Of a DNA stretch of 64,000 nucleotides, positions 54,701 to 64,000 are shown piece by piece. The position numbers were made by a program, and so were the translations under genes. The notes beneath the pieces are model-generated. The model had not been told where the DNA came from and ran no database searches. It was given only the letters and a program-made list of their open reading frames with translations. This stretch comes from Styela clava. Its lineage: Eukaryota. Positions within the stretch are counted from its first letter, which is position 1. Each line of letters starts with the position of its first letter. The DNA lies in assembly GCF_964204865.1 (NCBI RefSeq), contig NC_135258.1, positions 17,088,916 to 17,152,915 on the forward strand, read 5' to 3'.

Positions 54701-57700
54701 AGCTTTTTTTGGTAATATGCTGTATCCATACTTACCTATCTTCTTTGTTATAATCAATATTGTCTCTTCTATTTTTGAGATATTTTCAACTGGAAACGAT
54801 ATCGTGACACCAACAAAAGAAGAAAAGTAATAACACGGCTCGCCATGGCTTTTTTTGTTTTTAATATTTTATTTGTTATAGATAGAATAGTCCCAATCCC
54901 TCCATTAGGAATAATAGGGTTTTTAATAGGCTTAGATATTTTTAATGTTATTCTGGCATCTCAGGCACACAACTATGAAGACACTGGAAAAATCAAGAAA
55001 AGACGAATAGAAGGAAAATCTACAAATTACATGTATGAGGCTTAGATCTTTTAAATGGTAATCTAGCTTCTCGGGCACAGAATTATGAAGAAGTAAAGAA
55101 AAGACTTATACAAGGAAACAATGAAGAAATTAGGAAAAGACTGAAACAAGGAAAATCTACAAATTGAATGTAAATATTTTTACAAATTTTATTAGGCTTT
55201 GATGTTGTTAATATTTTCTTAGCTTCTCAGGCACAGAATTTTGAAGGCACTGATGAAATTGAAAGAGGACGAAACCAGAGACAGATCTAAAATACCGGTA
55301 AATATGTTACATTTGTTCCATTAGGCAGGCTGACTTTTTCCATTTAGTGTTCATTTTGATTTTATTTCGATATAATATTTTTCTAATTATATTATTACTG
55401 ATACAATAATGCACCAAGTATTATACTTATTGCTGGCATTTAATATTTATTAATAAAGCTTTTTAGTAGTATGCTGTATCCATACTTGCCTATCTTATTT
55501 GTTATAATCATTATTTTCTCTTCTGTTTTTGAGATATTTTCAACTGGAAACGATATCGTGACACCAACAAAAGAAGAAAAGTATTAACACGGCTCGCCAT
55601 GGCTTTTTTGTTTTTAATATTTTATTTGTTATAGATAGAATAGTCCCAATCCCTCCATTAGGAATAATAGGGTTTTTAATAGGCTTAGATATTTTTAATG
55701 TTATTCTGGCATCTCAGGCACACAACTATGAAGACACTGGAAAAATCAAGAAAAGACGAATAGAAGGAAAATCTACAAATTACATGTATGAGGCTTAGAT
55801 CTTTTAAATGGTAATCTAGCTTGTCGGGCACAGAATTATGAGGAAGTAAAGAAAAGACTTATACAAGGAAACAATGAAGAAATTAGGAAAAGACTGAAAC
55901 AAGGAAAATCTACAAATTGAATGTAAATATTTTTACAAATTTTATTAGGCTTTGATGTTGTTAATATTTTCTTAGCTTCTCAGGCACAGAATTTTGAAGG
56001 CACTGAAGAAATTGAAAGAGGACGAAACCAGAGACAGATCTAAAATACCGGTAAATATGTTACATTTGTTCCATTAGGCAGGCTGACTTTTTCCATTTAG
56101 TGTTCATTTTGATTTTATTTCGATATAATATTTTTCTAATTATATTATTACTGATACAATAATGCACCAAGTATTTTATTTATTGCTGGCATTTAATATT
56201 TAATAATAAAGCTTTTTAGTAGTATGCTGTATCCATACTTGCCTATCTTATTTGTTATAATCATTATTTTCTCTTCTGTTTTTGAGATATTTTCAACTGG
56301 AAACGATATCGTGACACCAACAAAAGAAGAAAAGTATTAACAGGGCTCGCCATGGATTTTTTGTTTTTAATATTTCATTTGTTATAGATAGATTAGTCCC
56401 AATCCCTCCATTAGGAATAATAGGGTTTTTAATAGGCTTAGATATTTTTAATGTTATTCTAGTTTCTCAGGCACACAACTATGAAGACACTGGAAAAATC
56501 AAGAAAAGACGAATAGAAGGAAAATTTACAAATTACATGTAAATATTTTTCGAATTTTATGAGGCTTAGATATTGTTAATGGTATTCTAGCTTATCAGGC
56601 ACAGAATTATGAAGAAGTAAGAAAAAAGACTGATACAAGGAAACAATGAAGAAATTAGGAAAAGAATGAAACAAAGAAAATCTACAAATTGAATGTAAAT
56701 ATTTTTACAAATTTTATTAGGCTTTGATGTTGTTAATATTTTCTTAGCTTCTTAGGCACAGGATTTTGAGGGCACTGAAGAAATTGAAAGAAGACGAAAC
56801 CAGAGAAAAATCTAAAATACCGGTAAATATGTTCCATTTGTTCCATTAGACAGGCTGACTTTTTCCATTTAGTGTTCATTTTGATTTTAATTCAATATAA
56901 TATTTTTCTAATTATATTATTACTGATACAATAATGCACCAAGTATTATGTTTATTGCTGGCATTTAATATTTATTAATAAAGCTTTTTATAGTAATATG
57001 CTGAATCCATACTTACCTATTTTATTTGTTATAATCAATATTTTCTCTTCTATTTTTGAGATATTTTCAACTGGAAACGATATCGTGACACCAACAAAAG
57101 AAGAAAAGTATTGACACGGCTCGCCATGGCTTTTTTGTTTTTAATATTTTATTTGTTATAGATAGAATAGTCCCAATCCCTCCATTAGGAATAATAGGGT
57201 TTTTAATAGGCTTAGATATATTTAATGTTATTCTAGTTTCTCAGGCACACAACTATGAAGACACTGGAAAAATCAAGAAAAGACGAATAGAAGGAAAATC
57301 TACAAATTACATGTAAATATTTTTCGAATTTTATGAGGCTTAGATCTTTTTAAATGGTAATCTAGCTTCTCAGGCACAGAATTATAAAGAAGTAAGTAAA
57401 AAGACTGATACAAGGAAACAATGAAGAAATTAGGAAAGAACTGAAACAAGGAAAATCTACAAATTGAATGTAAATATTTTTACAAATTTTATTAGGCTTA
57501 GATATTGTTAATAATATTTTAGCTTCTCAGGCACAGAATTTTAAAGGTACTGAAGAAATTGAAAGAAGACGAAACCAGAGACAAATACCGGTATATATGT
57601 TACATTTGTTTCATTAGGCAGACTTACTATTTCCATTTAGTGTTCATTTCCATTTTTATTCGATATAATATTTTTCTGATTATATTATTACTGATACAAT

Positions 57701-60700
57701 AATGCACCAAGTATTATGTTTATTGCTGGCATTCCATATTTATTAAGAAAGCTTTTTTTGGTAATATGCTGTATCCATACTTACCTATCTTCTTCGTTAT
57801 AATCAATATTTTCTCTTCTATTTTTGAGATATTTTCAACTGGAAACGATATCGTGACACCAACAAAAGAAGAAAAGTATTAACACGGCTCGCCATGGCTT
57901 TTTTGTTTTTAATATTTTATTTGTTATGGATAGAATAGTCCCAATCCCTCCATTAGGAATAATAGAGTTTTTAATAGGCTTAGATATTTTTAATGTAATT
58001 CTGGCATCTCAGGCACACAACTATGAAGACACTGGAAAAATCAAGAAGAGACGAATAGAAGGAAAATCTACAAATTACATGTATGAGGCTTAGATCTTTT
58101 AAATGGTAATCTAGCTTCTCGGGCACATAATTATGAAGAAGTAAAGAAAAGACTTATACAAGGAAACAATGAAGAAATTAGGAAAAGACTGAAACAAGGA
58201 AAATCTACAAATTGAATGTAAATATTTTTACAAATTTTATTAGGCTTTGATGTTGTTAATATTTTCTTAGCTTCTCAGGCACAGAATTTTGAAGGCACAG
58301 AAGAAATTGAAAGAGGACGAAACCAGAGACAGATCTAAAACACCGGTAAATATGTTACATTTGTTCCATTAGGCAGGCTGACTTTTTCCATTTAGTGTTC
58401 ATTTTGATTTTATTTCGATATAATATTTTTCTAATTATATTATTACTGATACAATAATGCACCAAGTATTATGTTTATTGCTGGCATTTAATATTTATTA
58501 ATAAAGCTTTTTAGTAGTATGCTGTATCCATACTTGCCTATCTTATTTGTTAAAATGAATATTTTCTCTTCTATTTTTGAGATATTTTCAACTGGAAACG
58601 ATATCGTGACACCAACAAAAGAAGAAAAGTATTAACAGGGCTCGCCATGGATTTTTTGTTTTTAATATTTTATTTGTTATAGATAGATTAGTCCCAATCC
58701 CTACATTAGGAATAATAGGGTTTTTGATAGGCTTAGATATTTTTAATGTTATTCTAGCTTCTCAGGCACACAACTATGAAGACACTGGAAAAATCAAGAA
58801 AAGACGAATAGAAGGAAAATCTACAAATTACATGTAGATATTTTTCGAATTTTATGATACTTAGATATTTTTAATGGTATTCTAGCTTCTCAGGCACAGA
58901 ATTATAAAGAAGTAAGAAAAAAGACTGATTCAAGGAAACAATGAAGAAATTAGGAAAGAACTAAAACAAGGAAAATCTACAAATTGAATGTAAATATTTT
59001 TAAAAATTTTATTAGGCTTAGATATTGTTAATAATATTTTAGCTTCTCAGGCACTGAATTTTAAAGGTACTGAAGAAATTGAAGGAAGACGGAGCCAGAG
59101 ACAAATACCGGTAAATATGTTACATTTGTTTCATTAGACAGACTTACTATTTACATTTAGTGTTCATTTCCTATTTAATTCGTTAGAATATTTTTCTGAT
59201 TATATTATTACTGATACAATAATGCACCAAGTATTATGTTTATTGCTGGCATTCAATATTTATTAATAAAGCTTTTTTTGGTAATATGCTGTATCCATAC
59301 TTACCTATTTTATTTGTTATAATCAATATTTTCTCTTCTATTTTTGAGATATTTTCAACTGGAAACGATATCGTGACACCCACAAAAGAAGAAAAGTATT
59401 AACACGGCTCGCCATGGCTTTTTTGTTTTTAATATTTTATTTGTTATAGATAGAATAGTCCCAATCCCTCCATTAGGAATAATAGGGTTTTTATCAGGCT
59501 AAGATATATTTAATGTTATTCTAGTTTCTCAGGCACACAACTATGAAGACACTGGAAAAATCAAGAAAAGACGAATAGAAGGAAAATCTACAAATTACAT
59601 GTAAATATTTATCGAATTTTACGAGGCTTAGATCTTTTTAATGGTAATCTAGCTTCTCAGGCACAGAATTATAAAGAAGTAAGAAAAAAGACTGATTCAA
59701 GGAAACAATGAAGAAATTAGGAAAGAACTAAAACAAGGAAAATCTACAAATTGAATGTAAATATTTTTACAAATTTTATTAGGCTTAGATATTGGTAATA
59801 ATATTTTAGCTTCTCAGGCACTGAATTTTAAAGGTACTGAAGAAATTGAAGGAAGACGGAGCCAGAGACAAATACCGGTATATATGTTACATTTGTTTCA
59901 TTAGACAGACTTACTATTTACATTTAGTGTTCATTTCCATTTTAATTCGTTAGAATATTTTTCTGATTATATTATTACTGATACAATAATGCACCTAGTA
60001 TTATGTTTATTGCTGGCATTCAATATTTATTAATAAAGCTTTTTTTAGTAATATGTTGTATCCATACTTACCTATTTTATTTGTTATAATCAATATTTTC
60101 TCTTCTATTTTTGAGATATTTTCAACTGGAAACGATATCGTGACACCAACAAAAGAAGAAAAGTATTAACACGGCTCGCCATGGCTTTTTTGTTTTTAAT
60201 ATTTTATTTGTTATAGATAGAATAGTCCTAATCCCTCCATTAGGAATAATAGGGTTTTTAATAGGCTTAGATATTTTTAATGTTATTCTGGCATCTCAGG
60301 CACACAACTATGAAGACACTGGAAAAATCAAGAAAAGACGAATAGAAGGAAAATCTACAAATTACATGTATGAGGCTTAGATCTTTTAAATGGTAATCTA
60401 GCTTCTCGGGCACAGAATTATGAAGAAGTAAAGAAAAGACTTATACAAGAAAACAATGAAGAAATTTAAGAAAAGACTGAAACAAGGAAAATCTACAAAT
60501 TGAATGTAAATAATTTTACAAATTTTATTAGGCTGTGATGTTGTTAATATTTTCTTAGCTTCTCAGGCACAGAATTTTGAAGGCACTGAAGAAATTGAAA
60601 GAGGACGAAACCAGAAACAGATCTAAAATACCGGTAAATATGTTACATTTGTTCCATTAGGCAGGCTGACTTTTTCCATTTAGTGTTCATTTTGATTTTA

Positions 60701-63700
60701 TTTCGATATAATATTTTTCTAATTATATTATTACTGATACAATAATGCACCAAGTATTATGTTTATTGCTGGCATTTAATATTTATTAATAAAGCTTTTT
60801 AGTAGTATGCTGTATCCATACTTGCCTATCTTATTTGTTATAATCATTATTTTCTCTTCTGTTTTTGAGATATTTTCAACTGGAAACGATATCGTGACAC
60901 CAACAAAAGAAGAAAAGTATTAACAGGGCTCGCCATGGATTTTTTGTTTTTAATATTTCATTTGTTATAGATAGATTAGTCCCAATCCCTCCATTAGGAA
61001 TAATAGGGTTTTTAATAGGCTTAGATATTTTAAATGTTATTCTAGTTTCTCAGGCACACAACTATTAAGACACTGGAAAAATCAAGAAAAGACGAATAGA
61101 AGGAAAATCTACAAATTACATGTAAATATTTTTCGAATTTTATGAGGCTTAGATCTTTTTAATGGTAAACTAGCTTCTCAGGCACAGAATTATGAAGAAG
61201 TAAGAAAAAAGACTGATACAAGGAAACAATGAAGAAATTAGGAAAGAACTGAAACAAGGAAAATCTACAAATTGAATGTAAATATTTTACAAATTTTATT
61301 AGGCTTAGATATTGTTAATAATATTTTAGCTTCTCAGGCACAGAATTTTAAAGGTACTGAAGAAATTGAAAGAAGACGGAACCAGAGATAAATACCGGTA
61401 AATATGTTACATTTGTTTCATTAGGCTGACTTACTATTTCCATTTAGTGTTCATTTCCATTTTAATTCGATATAATATTTTTCTGATTATATTATTACTG
61501 ATACAATAATGCACCAAGTATTATGTTTATTGCTGGCATTCCATATTTATTAAGATAGCTTTTTTTGGTAATATGCTGTATCTATACTTACCTTTTCTTT
61601 GTTATAATCAATATTTTCTCTTCTATTTTTGATATATTTTCAACTGGAAACGATATCGTGACACCAACAAAAGAAGAAAAGTATTAACACGGCTCGCCAT
61701 GGCTTTTTTGTTTTTAATATTTTATTTGTTATAGATAGAATAGTCCCAATCCCTCCATTAGGAATAATAGGGTTTTTAATAGGCTTAGATATTTTTAATG
61801 TTATTCTGGCATCTCAGGCACACAACTATGAAGACACTGAAAAAATCAAGAAAAGACGAATAGAAGGAATATCTACAAATTACATGTAAATAATTTTCGA
61901 ATTTTATGAGGCTTACATCTTCTCAATGGTAATCTAGCTTCTCAGGCACAGAATTATGAAGAAGTAAGAAAAAAGACTGATACAATAAAAACAATGAAGA
62001 AATTAGGAGAAGACTGAAACAAGGAAAATCTACAAATTGGATGTAAATATTTTTACAAATTTTATTAGGCTTTGATGTTGTTAATATTCTCTTAGCTTCT
62101 CAGGCACAGAATTTTGAAGGCACTGAAGAAATTGAAAGAGGACGAAACCAGAGACAGATCTAAAATACCGGTAAATATGTTACATTTGTTCCATTAGGCA
62201 GGCTGACATTTTCCATTTAGTGTTCATTTTGATTTTATTTCGATATAATATTTTTCTAATAATATTATTACTGATACAATAATGCACCAAGTATTATGTT
62301 TATTGCTGGCATTTAATATTTATTAATAAAGCTTTTTAGTAGTATGCTGTATCCATACTTGCCTATCTTATTTGTTATAATCATTATTTTCTCTTCTATT
62401 TTTGAGATATTTCCAACTGGAAACGATATCGTGACACCAACAAAAGAAGAAAAGTATTAACAGGGCTCGCCATGGATTTTTTGTTTTTAATATTTCATTT
62501 GTTATAGATAGAATAGTCCCAATCCCTCCATTAGGAATAATAGGGTTTTTAATAGGCTTAGATATTTTTGATGTTATTCTGGCATCTCAGGCACACAACT
62601 ATGAAGACACTGGAAAAATCAAGAAAAGACGAATAGAAGGAATATCTACAAATTACAAGTAAATATTTTTCGAATTTTATGAGGCTTAGATCTTTTTAAA
62701 TGGTAATCTAGCTTCTCAGGCACAGAATTATAAAGAAGTAAGTAAAAAGACTGATACAAGGAAACAATGAAGAAATTAGGAAAGAACTGAAACAAGGAAA
62801 ATCTACAAATTGAATGTAAATATTTTTACAAATTTTATTAGGCTTAGATATTGTTAATAATATTTTAGCTTCTCAGGCACAGAATTTTAAAGGTACTGAA
62901 GAAATTGAAAGAAGACGAAACCAGAGACAAATACCGGTATATATGTTACATTTGTTTCATTAGGCAGACTTACTATTTCCATTTAGTGTTCATTTCCATT
63001 TTTATTCGATATAATATTTTTCTGATTATATTATTACTGATACAATAATGCACCAAGTATTATGTTTATTGCTGGCATTCCATATTTATTAAGAAAGCTT
63101 TTTTTGGTAATATGCTGTATCCATACTTACCTATCTTCTTCGTTATAATCAATATTTTCTCTTCTATTTTTGAGATATTTTCAACTGGAAACGATATCGT
63201 GACACCAACAAAAGAAGAAAAGTATTAACACGGCTCGCCATGGCTTTTTTGTTTTTAATATTTTATTTGTTATGGATAGAATAGTCCCAATCCCTCCATT
63301 AGGAATAATAGAGTTTTTAATAGGCTTAGATATTTTTAATGTAATTCTGGCATCTCAGGCACACAACTATGAAGACACTGGAAAAATCAAGAAGAGACGA
63401 ATAGAAGGAAAATCTACAAATTACATGTATGAGGCTTAGATCTTTTAAATGGTAATCTAGCTTCTCGGGCACATAATTATGAAGAAGTAAAGAAAAGACT
63501 TATACAAGGAAACAATGAAGAAATTAGGAAAAGACTGAAACAAGGAAAATCTACAAATTGAATGTAAATATTTTTACAAATTTTATTAGGCTTTGATGTT
63601 GTTAATATTTTCTTAGCTTCTCAGGCACAGAATTTTGAAGGCACAGAAGAAATTGAAAGAGGACGAAACCAGAGACAGATCTAAAACACCGGTAAATATG

Positions 63701-64000
63701 TTACATTTGTTCCATTAGGCAGGCTGACTTTTTCCATTTAGTGTTCATTTTGATTTTATTTCGATATAATATTTTTCTAATTATATTATTACTGATACAA
63801 TAATGCACCAAGTATTATGTTTATTGCTGGCATTTAATATTTATTAATAAAGCTTTTTAGTAGTATGCTGTATCCATACTTGCCTATCTTATTTGTTAAA
63901 ATGAATATTTTCTCTTCTATTTTTGAGATATTTTCAACTGGAAACGATATCGTGACACCAACAAAAGAAGAAAAGTATTAACAGGGCTCGCCATGGATTT
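48790..64000. repeat. Complex satellite / tandem array, about 20 monomers of roughly 735-775 bp, continuing past the window end. Each monomer is three related 110-130-bp sub-repeats (core gcttctcaggcaca[gc]aa[ct]t) plus a roughly 390-bp unique segment.
   Basis: The marker ctcgccatgg recurs at 49803, 51056, 51790, 52566, 53310, 54073, 54838, 55589, 56345, 57118, 57888, 58641, 59405, 60175, 60925, 61691, 62464, 63236 and 63987. Two monomer body types differ by a 17-bp indel (acatgtaaatatttttcgaattttatgagg versus acatgtatgagg). The first two monomers (48790-51050) are more diverged, and one carries an internal ABC duplication. Confidence 0.92.

Noticed and set aside
54845-55045. 66-aa ORF (MAFFVFNILFVIDRIVPIPPLGII...) as a confident protein-coding gene
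   Set aside because: The in-frame ATG exists only in monomers with a T7 run. T6 monomers lose the start. I keep it as a hypothesis in the findings, not as a feature.
48790-64000. CRISPR array
   Set aside because: This is a eukaryotic sequence with spliceosomal introns. The repeat units are 110-770 bp with no short unique spacers.
1-64000. Prokaryotic operon or defence-system interpretation suggested by the prompt
   Set aside because: GT-AG introns with consistent phases, a TATA-like element, transposon TSDs and satellite DNA show this is metazoan nuclear DNA. No bacterial gene organisation is present.

Overview
This is AT-rich eukaryotic (invertebrate-type) nuclear DNA, not prokaryotic: canonical GT-AG introns with polypyrimidine acceptors join protein-homologous exons. 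Protein-coding content is sparse.

Genes: (1) a multi-exon gene on the minus strand (75-2979, 5' exon(s) unresolved) encodes an endonuclease/exonuclease/phosphatase (EEP)-superfamily phosphodiesterase with all catalytic motifs intact (LQE, NCHL, GDFN, SDHLPV; TDP2-like). (2) A decaying tandem paralog of it lies on the minus strand at about 7874-9447, with frameshifts and His-to-Leu in the NxH motif. (3) An intronless 473-aa MFS transporter on the plus strand (14235-15656) shows motif A (G-x3-D-K-x-R) and reads as MFSD8/CLN7-like.

The remainder is repeat-rich. There are many nonautonomous DNA-transposon copies (hAT-like MITEs with CAGTGGTT..CAAAC-type TIRs and 8-bp TSDs, a 'GATCTTTTGTACAAAG' MITE family, and an 829-bp element with perfect 40-bp TIRs). 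There is also a 57-bp minisatellite (about 14 copies, 42225-43045). The dominant feature is a tandem array of at least 15 kb, of which this window shows only the beginning (about 48790-64000, running off the window). It is built from a roughly 750-770-bp monomer that itself contains three related 110-130-bp sub-repeats, and it has higher-order structure plus a near-identical block duplicated at a 5348-bp offset. The sub-repeats carry exon-like signatures (AG acceptor, GTAAAT/GTAAGT donor, an open frame with a hydrophobic segment, a Kozak ATG in some copies), so the array may be gene-derived or a micro-gene array. No rRNA, CRISPR or intact tRNA was identified.
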